IMG/VR virus record: IMGVR_UViG_2529293241_000014
Strand: one strand, 5' to 3'
DNA length: 20,195 bases
DNA from: a virus
Lineage: Duplodnaviria; Heunggongvirae; Uroviricota; Caudoviricetes
The notes below the pieces were generated by a model that saw only the letters and a program-made list of their open reading frames with translations, did not search any database and was not told the DNA's origin. Below, piece after piece: positions 1 through 9,913 of the stretch. Position numbers and translations under genes: made by a program. Numbering within the stretch: position 1 is the first letter of the stretch; every line of letters starts with the position of its first letter.

Positions 1-327
1 TCATTTTTTCCAGAGGCGGTCGAACTCCGCCTTCGCAAAATAAGCGGAAGCCTGGCGAAGGATATCGTTACTGCGGCGCAGTTCACGATTTTCACGCTCC
101 AGCTCTTTCAGACGCTGACGTTCAGCGGTGGTGAGCCCTCCATCACCGCCCCCGGTATCCCGCTCATGCTGGCGACCCCAGACACGCAGAGTCTCCGGCG
201 TACAGCCAATCTTTGGGGCAATGGAACAAATTGTCGCCCATTGTGAGTCATATTCGCCCTGACTTTCCAGAACCATACGGACTGCCCGTTGACGGACTTC
301 GGGGGAAAAACGAGTATTTTTAGTCAT
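1..327 (-). CDS. IS629 OrfA (IS3-family transposase, N-terminal HTH/leucine-zipper protein)
   Basis: 108-aa [22 protein letters not shown]... with a C-terminal [18 protein letters not shown] zipper typical of IS3-family OrfA. RBS GAGGTAAACAGG precedes the ATG inside the IS end. Confidence 0.9.
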   Translation of the reverse strand: MTKNTRFSPEVRQRAVRMVLESQGEYDSQWATICSIAPKIGCTPETLRVWGRQHERDTGGGDGGLTTAERQRLKELERENRELRRSNDILRQASAYFAKAEFDRLWKK

Positions 328-381
328 CCTGTTTACCTCTTTCTCAGGAAGTTTAGTCTCCAGGATTCCCGGGGCGGTTCA
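1..381 (-). mobile_element. IS629 (IS3 family), partial; element continues beyond the window start
   Basis: Reverse complement of 357-381 reads TGAACCGCCCCGGGAATCCTGGAGA, which matches the IS629 terminal inverted repeat as I recall it. A complete orfA lies at 1-327; orfB would be off-window. Family assignment is from memory, not a search. Confidence 0.85.
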
Positions 382-452
382 CGTTGGGTTTTTCTGCTCA
401 TTATTAGCTCCTTCTGATGCCATTCTATTTCAGGAAGGAGTGTCCGTTAAAC

Positions 453-2183
453 TCAGGCTACCTCAACTCTCTTTTCAATAGGGTCAAGGTTTTTCATCCC
501 GCCAAGATCTTCTGCCACCTGTTTGAGCATTGACCTTGTTGATGGCGCATCAATTTTTGCACCTGCAGGCATCGCCTTTTCAACATTGCGATAAAGCTGG
601 TCGCTTCGTTTCATCAGCGCAGACATTCTTCCATTGACCGTATCAATAAACTTGTCGCTCATACCAAGAGCATCTTTTGCACCGGAAACGCGATCAATTA
701 TCTCACCCGCGCCCTGTGCTAGCTGCCTGATTGCTTCATTTTCCTGCACCTGTAGAGCAGAACCCGCACGGGACTTGATTGCTTGCTCAACTGCCTTGTA
801 TTGCTCGTTCCCGGAAAAGTGTGAAGGGAGTAATGAATCAACATTAAGCCTTTCAGCAGACTCCAGAACTTCAGCCTGAGGATTGATATCTAGTTCATCA
901 AGCGATGAAGCGAGATTTGGCCTTTTTTGTGCTGCTACTGTGCGAACGACTTCCTCTGGGTTCTTCGTCGCAGGCGTCATTGGTACACCTTGTGCTACTC
1001 TTGCCTCTGCGGCATGAACCGCAGGATTTGTTGCTGCAGCGGCATCACCGGAGAATGGTGATGTTTCTGTTGGCGCAGTGGTCGCTCTCTGTGCAGATGT
1101 TTTATTGCCACTAATTATATTTGATGCACCACGAACACCACGGGTAACGCCATTTATCAGGCCATGCGTAGCAATGCTAAGTCCGGCATTAATAGCGGCA
1201 TTTTCGGCAAAATCACCCCGTTGATTCGCCGCGTCAGCGAGAGAACCAATGACCATGTTTCCAGCTACACCTGCTCCAGGAACAAGATAACCGCCTATTG
1301 ACTCTCCAGCTTGCGCGTAGGGGTCTGTCGGTCTGTCTACTGGACGATAAACATCATCCAATACTTTTGGCCCCCCAAGCCCCTGACTGATTGCATTAAT
1401 CAGACTTGCGCCACCCTGCAATACGTCAAATGGTATGTTTACCAGACCACGACCAGCCTGTTCTGCAATTTGCCCTGCACTTTGACCACCAGTGAGCCAA
1501 TCGCCAGCTTGTTGCATCAATGATGGTTCTTCCCGTGTTGGTGCATTATTGGCCTGATTAACTGTTTGTTGCTGAACAGGTTTCGGTGCGACAGAACTTA
1601 CGGGTTGAGGTGGCTGCTGACTGGCTGCCTGCTGCTCAATCTGAGCAAATGGATTATTTGGGTCTGACTGCACACCTGATGCCGATACTTGTTCGGATGA
1701 CTGTACTTCCAGTTGTGCAAACGGGTTGTTAGGGTCTTGCTGAGGATGTACCTTTGCAGAGGTGGCGCGCTGTTCGACTGTTGAGTCTGTCACCGGGTCA
1801 CCAGCCCATTGAGCAAAGCGATCATCAACGTAACCGCGGCCTTCAGGTCCTGGCGTATATTCACCACGCTTTGCCTTCATAACGTTGCCGGGACCGTCGT
1901 GATAAGCCTGAAGAGAGTCACGCCAGTTACCAAACTGCTGGTACATCTTTGCCAGATAGCGCGCGCCAGCGTCAGCCTGATATTCGGGGTTTTGCATTTG
2001 CTCATCGGTATAACCCATATCACGCCATGTCCCAGGCATGACCTGAGTCAATCCTACAGCCCCGGCGGAGCTTACTGCGGCAGGGTTGTAAGAAGACTCC
2101 TTGGCACCCAGTGCAGTCATCAACCCTTCTGGCACACCGTAACGTGCGCCAGCCTGCTCTAACAAATCACGGTAATTAGCCAT
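453..2183 (-). CDS. Virion internal/ejection protein in the P22 gp16 position, with an N-terminal soluble lytic transglycosylase (SLT) domain
   Basis: 576-aa ORF, last gene of the structural operon, directly abutting the gp20-like gene. The N-terminus carries family-1 lytic transglycosylase motifs ([27 protein letters not shown]; AYHDGPGN). The central region is Q/P-rich with a tandem DPNNPFAQ repeat. Confidence 0.8.
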   Translation of the reverse strand: MANYRDLLEQAGARYGVPEGLMTALGAKESSYNPAAVSSAGAVGLTQVMPGTWRDMGYTDEQMQNPEYQADAGARYLAKMYQQFGNWRDSLQAYHDGPGNVMKAKRGEYTPGPEGRGYVDDRFAQWAGDPVTDSTVEQRATSAKVHPQQDPNNPFAQLEVQSSEQVSASGVQSDPNNPFAQIEQQAASQQPPQPVSSVAPKPVQQQTVNQANNAPTREEPSLMQQAGDWLTGGQSAGQIAEQAGRGLVNIPFDVLQGGASLINAISQGLGGPKVLDDVYRPVDRPTDPYAQAGESIGGYLVPGAGVAGNMVIGSLADAANQRGDFAENAAINAGLSIATHGLINGVTRGVRGASNIISGNKTSAQRATTAPTETSPFSGDAAAATNPAVHAAEARVAQGVPMTPATKNPEEVVRTVAAQKRPNLASSLDELDINPQAEVLESAERLNVDSLLPSHFSGNEQYKAVEQAIKSRAGSALQVQENEAIRQLAQGAGEIIDRVSGAKDALGMSDKFIDTVNGRMSALMKRSDQLYRNVEKAMPAGAKIDAPSTRSMLKQVAEDLGGMKNLDPIEKRVEVA

Positions 2184-3515
2184 TTACTGCCCCAAAGATG
2201 GAAGATATCCGTAGCGATTAATGAAGTCGATTGACAGCTCGGGGTGCTGCTTCAGGTAATCTATAGAAGCCTGAGGCGCTTCCACTCGCTTGATACCGTT
2301 TTGCTGAACGTACTTACCAACCGCCTCATTACGCTTCTGGTTGAGCGTGTTCAGGATGACGCCAGCGTTGCGACGAAAGGACTCCTCGCTCTGCGAGTTC
2401 TGCAGCGAACCAACAGCCTGGTCGAGCTTTTTGCCCTCGGCATCAGAAAGTGCGCCCATGCCTCGCATGGCCTGAACCGCTGTCAGGTATGCTTGTGATT
2501 TAAAGGTATCAAGTCGTGCCTGAGTGTCTGCAGCCTGTGAGCCTGGAACGTTGGGGATTACTCCACGTAAGCCTGTAATGCTCTTAAGTGAAGGAGAACT
2601 AACGATATCGTTCAGAGTGAACATGCTGGTTGTGAGGGTGTTGATGCCGTCTTTGTAGCCATCATTTAGCGCTTGCTGCTTCTGCTGCAACTGCTGGTTG
2701 TTGGCTGCTATGCGGCTCTGTATTTCCTGGCGCTTCAGGTCGTTAGTTTCTGCTGATAGCATCCGGTCAAGGCGCTTATTTTCGTTGTTAATGCGGTTTG
2801 TTTCTGCGTCCAGATTAATGCGCTGCTGACCTAAATTCGCCTGGATATCTTGTCCGCGCATTGTGATTGCCTGATTCCGAGCGGCGGTTTGCGAATCCAG
2901 ATCCTGACCGCGCATGGTAACCTGGCGACCCTGCATTTTATCCTGTAGGTCAAAGTATTTTTCGGGCCCGAGACTGTTCATCCCCAGGTGATCGACAAAT
3001 TCGCCGAACTGCCGCGGGTTCTGTTGGTACATCTGAGCGACGTCATGAGGATTAACGCCAACACGAGCTAACTCACCGGCGTTGTTTTGCAGCCATGATT
3101 GCATTGCTTCTGGAGACGATGACGCAAGGCGTGCGCCAGCCGCTAAGGTGCCGATAGAATTACGCTGCTCTTCATCAATGAATCCCATGCCTTTACGAAC
3201 GGATTCAATCTGGTCTGGATATTGAGTAGCCAACTGACGCAAAGCACCGCGATCACCAGACGCATAAGCATTAGCGTACGCCTGCTGAAATTCTTTCTGC
3301 CGCTGAGCCTGCTTTTCCTGCTGAAAAACACCCGCAATACCTGAAAGACCTTGCAAAGCAGTCAGCCCAACATTGTTAGCGCCTGAACGCTCAATATCAT
3401 TGTTCTGCCTGATAAGCTGAAGCGTATTGCCGATGTCATTTACGCTCGGAGCGTTTGAGTTGACGCCGCCGATACCAGCCAACAATCCGCCGTTTGTTCC
3501 TTGCCAAGTAGCCAT
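2184..3515 (-). CDS. P22 gp20-like ejection (E) protein
   Basis: 443-aa ORF in the conserved position between the gp7-like and gp16-like genes. Q/N-rich coiled-coil-like composition typical of P22-like ejection proteins. Operon-packed, with stop adjacent to the next start. Confidence 0.8.
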   Translation of the reverse strand: MATWQGTNGGLLAGIGGVNSNAPSVNDIGNTLQLIRQNNDIERSGANNVGLTALQGLSGIAGVFQQEKQAQRQKEFQQAYANAYASGDRGALRQLATQYPDQIESVRKGMGFIDEEQRNSIGTLAAGARLASSSPEAMQSWLQNNAGELARVGVNPHDVAQMYQQNPRQFGEFVDHLGMNSLGPEKYFDLQDKMQGRQVTMRGQDLDSQTAARNQAITMRGQDIQANLGQQRINLDAETNRINNENKRLDRMLSAETNDLKRQEIQSRIAANNQQLQQKQQALNDGYKDGINTLTTSMFTLNDIVSSPSLKSITGLRGVIPNVPGSQAADTQARLDTFKSQAYLTAVQAMRGMGALSDAEGKKLDQAVGSLQNSQSEESFRRNAGVILNTLNQKRNEAVGKYVQQNGIKRVEAPQASIDYLKQHPELSIDFINRYGYLPSLGQ

Positions 3516-3524
3516 GATTCCCCC

Positions 3525-4217
3525 TTAAAACAACGAGCCAAGCAATCCGATACCAGCACCAATACCAGCGCCCCAAGGCGTTGATGTTCCCAAAAGGCTG
3601 GCAAGACCTGCACCGGCAATCGCACCAGACGTGCCACCGCTAATTGCAGTCTGAAGACTTGATGGTTTATTGGCATTAGCAGCGGCAAGAGCTGCGCTTT
3701 GCTGTGCAATGCTGCTCATGTTGTTGGCGTACGTCTGCCCGGCGTTTGCCTGACCTTGCAGCGCACCAAGCCCAACGTTTGCCAGATTGTTGTAATTGCT
3801 CATCTGATTTGATAACCAAGACTGACCGAGTGTCGGCGCGATCGTAGCCAGTTGATTGCTTGTGGCTGTCGAACCAAGTCCACCCGTCGCCTCCGCAGCA
3901 GCAAGACTCTGGTAACGCGCCTGCCCTGCAAGGTCTTTATACTGCTTAGAGTTGTAATACTGATTAAGTGCCTGCCCCTGACCTTCTAAACTGGAAAGGT
4001 TCTGAAGCTGGTTAACATACTGCTCCGCAAGAGGCGTGAACGGAGCAAGGTTTTTCATGATCGTCTGCCACTGCTGATTTTGCAGGTCTGCAGCATACTT
4101 CTGGGCTTCTGCTGCATACTTTGCGCTTTTATCAGAACTGCCACCTTTCCCGCCTTTTTCAGGGCAATAAGGTTCCTCGCCGCGCAGTTTTCTGCCCAGC
4201 TTAAATGCATATAACAT
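3525..4217 (-). CDS. P22 gp7-like ejection (E) protein
   Basis: 230-aa ORF; N-terminus MLYAFKLGRKLRGEEPYCPEKGGKGG... and a Gly/Ala-rich C-terminus resemble P22 gp7 as recalled. Conserved gene order. Confidence 0.8.
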   Translation of the reverse strand: MLYAFKLGRKLRGEEPYCPEKGGKGGSSDKSAKYAAEAQKYAADLQNQQWQTIMKNLAPFTPLAEQYVNQLQNLSSLEGQGQALNQYYNSKQYKDLAGQARYQSLAAAEATGGLGSTATSNQLATIAPTLGQSWLSNQMSNYNNLANVGLGALQGQANAGQTYANNMSSIAQQSAALAAANANKPSSLQTAISGGTSGAIAGAGLASLLGTSTPWGAGIGAGIGLLGSLF

Positions 4218-4219
4218 GG

Positions 4220-4678
4220 CTATCTCCCGTGATTCAGGAAGTCGATTAGTTCTTCGCGTGTGGCGCTGTAAAAAGTCACGTCATCCACGCCTTTGAAGTA
4301 TTTCTTGATGGTTCCTACACGCTTAAGGCCAATCATTGCGCAGTACATCTGACCGTGTCGGAATTTGCGTGCAGCGAACGATGTTACGCACTGAACGGTG
4401 GTGTTAGTCAGAATGTATCGCCAGAACGCCAGCCCAATTTCCTTGCTGAAGCCGCGAATCTCTGGCAGGTACATGGCGTGGCAATCTAATGTCAGCGGCT
4501 GAATCTCCTGATAGTAAACAATGCCGCCAAACTGACCGTGCACGTTCACCTCAAAGTAACGGCATTCAGGTTTGTAGTCGTATCCATCACCGTTGTTGCT
4601 CCCGGCGATAATGTCAGGGTGATTTCCGACTGCTTCTATCAGGTCGATGTTTCGCGTTGGTTTGAATGTAATCATCAC
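4220..4678 (-). CDS. P22 gp14-like virion assembly protein
   Basis: 152-aa ORF immediately downstream of the tail needle gene with an ATGA start/stop overlap. Position and size match the gp14 slot of P22-like phages; the sequence-level match is from memory only. Confidence 0.65.
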   Translation of the reverse strand: MMITFKPTRNIDLIEAVGNHPDIIAGSNNGDGYDYKPECRYFEVNVHGQFGGIVYYQEIQPLTLDCHAMYLPEIRGFSKEIGLAFWRYILTNTTVQCVTSFAARKFRHGQMYCAMIGLKRVGTIKKYFKGVDDVTFYSATREELIDFLNHGR

Positions 4679-5523
4679 TGCTCCGCGATTATCTTGATGG
4701 TTGTGGCAGTAAACGCCGCACCATTCGACTGAATGGTTAACGTACTGCCATTTGTGGCAAGAAAGCCGTCTTTATCCACGCTGAAGAACGTAGCTAACAG
4801 GATGTTGTCGGTTGTTGTCGCCGCATTACGACTGCTGACCAGTGTGTCAGGAACAGAGCCGGAAAAGGTTAGCTGCATTGACCTGTTGGCGGTTCCGCTG
4901 GGCCACGTGCCGACAATCGACAACTTGAAGAGCAGGGTTTTGTTCTCGTTGAACACAACCATCTTGTTGTTAACGGTGTCGAAGAATGGTGCCAACGAGC
5001 CGGATGACGGTGTGAGCGTTTTCAGCAGGCTAACAAGGTTGGTCGGCGCTGTCGGGATGGTTACAGATACACCAGAGTAAACAACCTCTGACTTCTTGCG
5101 TGTGGTTGCATACTCCAGAGCATCGATGCGCGTTTCATGGTCTGAAACCTGCGACTCCAGCGACTGAACTCTTGTGTCAAGCGACGAAATATCGCTTTCA
5201 TTCTGAGCTATTCGTGTTTCATGGTCCTGAAGAGTTGATTCTGCCTGTCTGATTCGCTCCTCATGATTAACAAGCGTTGCTTCCGCAGCAGAAATTCGCT
5301 GCTCATGGTCAGCGAGAATCACATCCTGCTCATCGTTCCTGACCTGTGCATCATAAGCGCCCTGTCCGGCCTCGTTGGCTTTGTTAGCCACGTTACCAAC
5401 ATCAGTGCCCTGTGCGATAACGTAAAGCAGATACGACTGCGAGAAGATATTGCGTGGAAGGACTGATGTATCGAGCCGCGTAGCTTGGATGATTACCGGC
5501 ACATTGAGATTCGAATCAGCCAT
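4675..5523 (-). CDS. Tail needle (P22 gp26 family) with C-terminal knob domain (Sf6/HK620 type)
   Basis: 282-aa ORF. N-terminus [43 protein letters not shown] is the conserved gp26 N-terminal domain. It is followed by four DHExRI-like coiled-coil repeats and about 140 aa of non-coiled C-terminal domain, unlike the 233-aa knobless P22 needle. Confidence 0.85.
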   Translation of the reverse strand: MADSNLNVPVIIQATRLDTSVLPRNIFSQSYLLYVIAQGTDVGNVANKANEAGQGAYDAQVRNDEQDVILADHEQRISAAEATLVNHEERIRQAESTLQDHETRIAQNESDISSLDTRVQSLESQVSDHETRIDALEYATTRKKSEVVYSGVSVTIPTAPTNLVSLLKTLTPSSGSLAPFFDTVNNKMVVFNENKTLLFKLSIVGTWPSGTANRSMQLTFSGSVPDTLVSSRNAATTTDNILLATFFSVDKDGFLATNGSTLTIQSNGAAFTATTIKIIAEQ

Positions 5524-6941
5524 TACTCAATCCTTATCTGAGCGCCAGACAGAGTGACAGGTGACTTCGTGATAACGCGCAATTTGAAGCCGACATTTTT
5601 CCTGATGCGCCCTACTCGCTTCCACAAAACACGCTTGTCGTAAACGAACGGTTCATTCTGCTCAATCATCTGCTCACGCCCGTAATTGATGCAGTCAGTG
5701 GTTGCAGAGAGAAAAAGGCGGTCGGCGTACTGCGCAACGCCAGTTGACGATTCAACCTCAAGGTCGAACACTCTGGCGTTATCCGCTTTGAAGAGTGGAG
5801 TAAACAGCAGGTGTTCCTGTTGCTTGTCGTACTGGCTGCTGATATCGAATTGCAGTTTCCCGGTAACAGATTCCAGCTTATCGCCGCACGTTATCTGATT
5901 GCCTTCGTAAACGAAGTCGATAGCGCGGTACACATCGTCATACAGACCTGTTTTCAGCACACACCATTGTGGGCCATTGGCGATTGAAGATGCGTCGTAC
6001 ACGAGGACGTGACGCGGAAGGTGGATAATCAGCAACTCATGAGCATCAAATCGCAGCGATTCCATCACACCATCAGCCAGTTCATCAGCAGTGTAGGAGC
6101 GGAGGATTTTCTCAATGCTCGCGCTGGCAATTGGTGACACCTGACCGGAGTCGATGATATACACAGACGGCGCACCCGTTGCCGGATTGCTGATAAACGC
6201 ATACGAATCAGCGAATGGCGTTTTGCAGTAAGTTCCGGCAATGCCTTTCTGCACCATCAGCGATGGTTGTGCAACATACAAAGCGGCACCAACGGTGGTT
6301 GCGCCAGTCAGGGAGAAATATTCAATAGTCGATGAACCAAAGCAGACGATGAAGTCTCGCCATGTCCCGATACCGATGATGCCGTCAGGCTGAGACTCGG
6401 CACGATATTGTGCGCTGTAACGGTCAGGATGAGATTCGTCTTCAAGGTCAGTGATAAACCATGAATCAGTTCCGTCTTTTGACCACGCATAACGCCCACG
6501 TAAGCGCGTAATGTCGCGAACTGAACCTAACTCATACTGAGTGAATCCACTGTCTGTAGGCCAGTTTGAGACGGTTTTGACCGTGCCATCATAGCGATAC
6601 TCGACCAGTTGACCATTAACGCCTACCGCCTGTGATGTCCGACCATGCGCCATTGATACACGACCACTTCCGGCAACATCACCGACTTCACTTTCTCCTT
6701 TGTACAGCTTGCCGCCACACACGCGATAAACAGCATTCTGCGCCATGTTGTACTCGACGCCGCGAGATACACCGTTCACGTCAGAACGTTTGGCAATGCC
6801 CGGGAATGAGCGAAGATATCCGCTGCTGTTCAGGATTTCTTTGGGTGTAGCCAGCATATTCACTGGCAGATAGTCGATATAGTCGGCGTTTCGGAAGTCT
6901 TTGCCGACACCTTTCATAAGCGGAAGTTGCTGAATAGGCAT
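5523..6941 (-). CDS. P22 gp10-like tail accessory (hub) protein
   Basis: 472-aa ORF, the same length as P22 gp10, in the conserved position between the gp4-like and needle genes. Confidence 0.85.
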   Translation of the reverse strand: MPIQQLPLMKGVGKDFRNADYIDYLPVNMLATPKEILNSSGYLRSFPGIAKRSDVNGVSRGVEYNMAQNAVYRVCGGKLYKGESEVGDVAGSGRVSMAHGRTSQAVGVNGQLVEYRYDGTVKTVSNWPTDSGFTQYELGSVRDITRLRGRYAWSKDGTDSWFITDLEDESHPDRYSAQYRAESQPDGIIGIGTWRDFIVCFGSSTIEYFSLTGATTVGAALYVAQPSLMVQKGIAGTYCKTPFADSYAFISNPATGAPSVYIIDSGQVSPIASASIEKILRSYTADELADGVMESLRFDAHELLIIHLPRHVLVYDASSIANGPQWCVLKTGLYDDVYRAIDFVYEGNQITCGDKLESVTGKLQFDISSQYDKQQEHLLFTPLFKADNARVFDLEVESSTGVAQYADRLFLSATTDCINYGREQMIEQNEPFVYDKRVLWKRVGRIRKNVGFKLRVITKSPVTLSGAQIRIE

Positions 6942-7441
6942 TATTCGCTCCCGTTATCGCAAGGTTCCTTTCGGTGGAAGTAATTCCAACCATTCCACTT
7001 CGCCAACTGGTTACCACTACCAACAGGCATACGGTTTGGATAACCGGACTTACATTTAGCTGCTTTTGCCCTGTCCATTGCAGACAGTTTGACGAGTCGC
7101 TCTTTCCCGTATCTGGCAGTGGTTATAAGTTTTGCAGACGCTTCCAGCGCATAATCTGGAGCAATTCGGCAGGCAAGGTTGAAAATGACGGCATTGATAG
7201 CGTTATTTGATAAACCGTGCTCATCGCCCGGATCCGGAGCAACATCTGCATCAGCAAAAATGTAGCCAACGTTGATACCAGGTGACGCATCACCGCCAAG
7301 CCATTCAGCCATCATCATTTCAAGGTCGTTGACGCCGTCTTCCATAGACTGCGGTTCGACATCGGTTAACGTGGCATTTGATGCAACACCGAGCTTACGT
7401 AATGCCGCAAGAACTAAATCACCCTTCGTTGTCAGGTTCAT
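6941..7441 (-). CDS. P22 gp4-like tail adaptor/head-completion protein
   Basis: The track ORF runs to 7510, but the sequence from the internal Met ([33 protein letters not shown]...) aligns with the P22 gp4 N-terminus as recalled and gives 166 aa. The start at 7441 is therefore preferred. Confidence 0.8.
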   Translation of the reverse strand: MNLTTKGDLVLAALRKLGVASNATLTDVEPQSMEDGVNDLEMMMAEWLGGDASPGINVGYIFADADVAPDPGDEHGLSNNAINAVIFNLACRIAPDYALEASAKLITTARYGKERLVKLSAMDRAKAAKCKSGYPNRMPVGSGNQLAKWNGWNYFHRKEPCDNGSE

Positions 7442-7649
7442 CTGCTGCCGCCTTAGGTTTTCGACCAGGCTTTTTACGCTGTTTTTCTTCTGGCTCTGGC
7501 TCTGCAACATCCTTCAAAAGGTCATCAGGATGTGAAAACCAGCCAGCATCCAGATATTCCTGAAGCTCTTCGGCTTTCACGATTTCAAAGTCGTAGCCAA
7601 CGCCTTTCCACTTCTTCATGTCGCCATGACGAAAGATCATGTGTGTCAT
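7419..7649 (-). CDS. Small hypothetical virion-module protein (76 aa) between coat and gp4-like genes
   Basis: ORF from ATG at 7649 (GGAGA RBS 5 nt upstream) reading [38 protein letters not shown]..., with a charged tail [28 protein letters not shown]22 has no gene here; Sf6-type phages have a small gene 6 in this slot. Confidence 0.5.
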   Translation of the reverse strand: MTHMIFRHGDMKKWKGVGYDFEIVKAEELQEYLDAGWFSHPDDLLKDVAEPEPEEKQRKKPGRKPKAAADEPDNEG

Positions 7650-7693
7650 GCTTGTCTCCAGATAAAAACGGGAGCCGAAGCTCCCTCTGGTTA

Positions 7694-8989
7694 TCACGCG
7701 GTCTGGTTAGGCAGACCAACACCAATTGCCTCTGGTCGTACAGCACATGCTGAATACCACACAGCAATACGGCACTTACCAGACAGAGTGTTGATATCAC
7801 CCTGCGTTGCGAAGATGCCGTTAACACCAATACCTGGAATGCTGAAGGAAGACGTTTTCATGCCAGCAAACAGTTCATGGGTTACCGGGATCGGCTGAGA
7901 CAGCAGGCGGATTGAGTCATCAGCCCAGAACACGTTAGCGGTGGTTGTTGCCACGTTCAGAACGTTTACCGGAGTGGTATCAGCAAGAGAGGTGTTTACG
8001 TTAGCGTAAGCCTTCTCTTCTTTTGTCAGTGACGCGTCATCCAGCGCAATCGGCTTCGGCGTGATTTCGATGTGAGTACCATCGATCACACGGGTGATTG
8101 AGAAAGTCGCGTCATCAGTCAGCACATTCTTCGCCATCTGAGACAGGAACTTCACACCAATGAAGCTGATTTTGTCGCCGCGCTTAAATCCGGTGGTGGA
8201 GGATACGGTCACCGTTGCAACACGGTTGTCGACGTTCTCTTTGTTACCATCGGTATCAAGGGTGTATGCCTGCGGCTTAAACTTCTGCGCACCAGAAACA
8301 GTTACACCAGTCGCGGTTGACTTGGTAACTGCCGGAAGTTTCGGTGAGCGAAGAATTTCATCAAAGCCAGCAATCTGACGCTGAATAGTACCGTTTCGAT
8401 ATGCTTCTTCAGGAACGCGCCCGAAGATGTCACCATCTACCAGGTTGCGGCCTGCTTTGCGGTAATCGTCAGGGTTCAGGAAGTAACTGATGCCCATGTC
8501 GCGGTTTAGCTCACGGGAGAACATCAGTCGCTCTGCATCAGACACAAAATCCCAGCCAGGCAGGCCAGTCGATGGACCAATTGCGCGGGTATCGTGAACA
8601 ACAAGCGAGCCCATTTCAGTTGCCTGTTTGGCAATCGCTGACTCAATGTTATTCGCCAGTTTTTTGGCGGATGCCTGGATGCGGCGACGGTAAGAACGCT
8701 CATCACGCAGGTCATCTGCACGAAGCTCGAAGAAATCGTTATCCGGATCGCCCATGTTGCACTTCACGGAGAGTTCCAGAATCCCGGTTGCGTTGCCAGT
8801 TAAATCCCAGCCAGTCTGGGTTGGCGCTTCCTGCTCAACAGGCATCCACACGGTGTTGCTTGAACGCTGCATGGATTCTGCCGGAGGGGGGTATTTTGTC
8901 ACTTTTGACGCCATTGGCGTCAGGTTCTGGACGGTTCCGATGATTTCATCCAGAGCATACGTGACCAGTTGACCTTCATTTAATGCCAT
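7694..8989 (-). CDS. Major capsid (coat) protein, P22 gp5 family
   Basis: 431-aa [23 protein letters not shown]... ending ...[14 protein letters not shown]; collinear with P22 coat protein (430 aa) along its length as recalled. Confidence 0.95.
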   Translation of the reverse strand: MALNEGQLVTYALDEIIGTVQNLTPMASKVTKYPPPAESMQRSSNTVWMPVEQEAPTQTGWDLTGNATGILELSVKCNMGDPDNDFFELRADDLRDERSYRRRIQASAKKLANNIESAIAKQATEMGSLVVHDTRAIGPSTGLPGWDFVSDAERLMFSRELNRDMGISYFLNPDDYRKAGRNLVDGDIFGRVPEEAYRNGTIQRQIAGFDEILRSPKLPAVTKSTATGVTVSGAQKFKPQAYTLDTDGNKENVDNRVATVTVSSTTGFKRGDKISFIGVKFLSQMAKNVLTDDATFSITRVIDGTHIEITPKPIALDDASLTKEEKAYANVNTSLADTTPVNVLNVATTTANVFWADDSIRLLSQPIPVTHELFAGMKTSSFSIPGIGVNGIFATQGDINTLSGKCRIAVWYSACAVRPEAIGVGLPNQTA

Positions 8990-9900
8990 TATCGAATTCC
9001 TTTATTCAGTTGCGCCTTGAGCTTGCGGTACGTCTCTACATCCCCTTTGTTTGCTGCCGCCTCCATCTGCTTTTCAATCGCAGAGATATTTGCAGCAACA
9101 GCATGTCCCTGAATGGGTTCATCAGGTAACGGGGCTTCTGAAACAGGCTTGGCTCGAGGCTTGAGAGTTAAACGTTCTGACAGTCGAGTGAGTTCAATCA
9201 GCGCGGATTGCCCGTCCATCGCCAGCAACTGGCGTGTTTTCTCAGGATTAGCACCAAGGTGATACATGAGAGCGGCGGATTTCTCCGGGAAGAGGCGCAT
9301 GATGTCGGCACCGACTGCTGGCGGCACCAGTTGCATGAATGCATCCTCTTTCTCCTGATAGTCAGGGATATTGAGCTTTTCCGCTGCCTCGTAGTGCTTA
9401 CGGGCCGCCTCGACGTATTGCGCTGATTGCTGGGTGAACTCCTGAGTTTTGCGACCCTGCTCGGCGACAGCCTGGCTTCGTGCGTCCATAGCCTTGATCT
9501 GCCATTCACTGTTTGCCTGCTGGAAGGCAGCCAGTGCGCGGCTCTGGTCATAGTCGTACTTAGCCAGTGCATCTTCGGAAAGATAATCGTTAGGGTCTGG
9601 TTGTTTTGGTAACTCAGGGTTCACCCGCAGGTGCTCCGGCAACTCTCCACGCTTAACCGCTTCCATCTGCTGCTCAAGCTCACGCTGGCGTTTGCGTTCG
9701 ATGCGGCGACGGGCAAATTCAGCATTAGTTGCCGGGTCTTGTTTTGGTTTCTCATCGTCTTTCCGGACAATCTCAAAGCCTTCTTCCTGACCTGCGCTGT
9801 CGTTGGCATTATCGACAACTAAGCCATCAGCAGATGCCGCTGCATGATTGCCGGGCAGGGTTAATTCTTCAGAAGCCTGAATGTCGGTGGTTTGGTCCAT
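8989..9900 (-). CDS. Scaffolding protein, P22 gp8 family
   Basis: 303-aa ORF, the same length as P22 gp8. Conserved blocks include [30 protein letters not shown] and the C-terminal coat-binding helix-turn-helix [19 protein letters not shown]. Confidence 0.92.
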   Translation of the reverse strand: MDQTTDIQASEELTLPGNHAAASADGLVVDNANDSAGQEEGFEIVRKDDEKPKQDPATNAEFARRRIERKRQRELEQQMEAVKRGELPEHLRVNPELPKQPDPNDYLSEDALAKYDYDQSRALAAFQQANSEWQIKAMDARSQAVAEQGRKTQEFTQQSAQYVEAARKHYEAAEKLNIPDYQEKEDAFMQLVPPAVGADIMRLFPEKSAALMYHLGANPEKTRQLLAMDGQSALIELTRLSERLTLKPRAKPVSEAPLPDEPIQGHAVAANISAIEKQMEAAANKGDVETYRKLKAQLNKGIR

Positions 9901-9913
9901 GATTAACTCTCTC

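Noticed and set aside
6941-7510. Longer start (7510) for the gp4-like gene, giving 189 aa
   Set aside because: The extra 23 residues have no counterpart in gp4 as recalled and would overlap the upstream small gene by 90 nt. The internal Met at 7441 gives the expected 166 aa.
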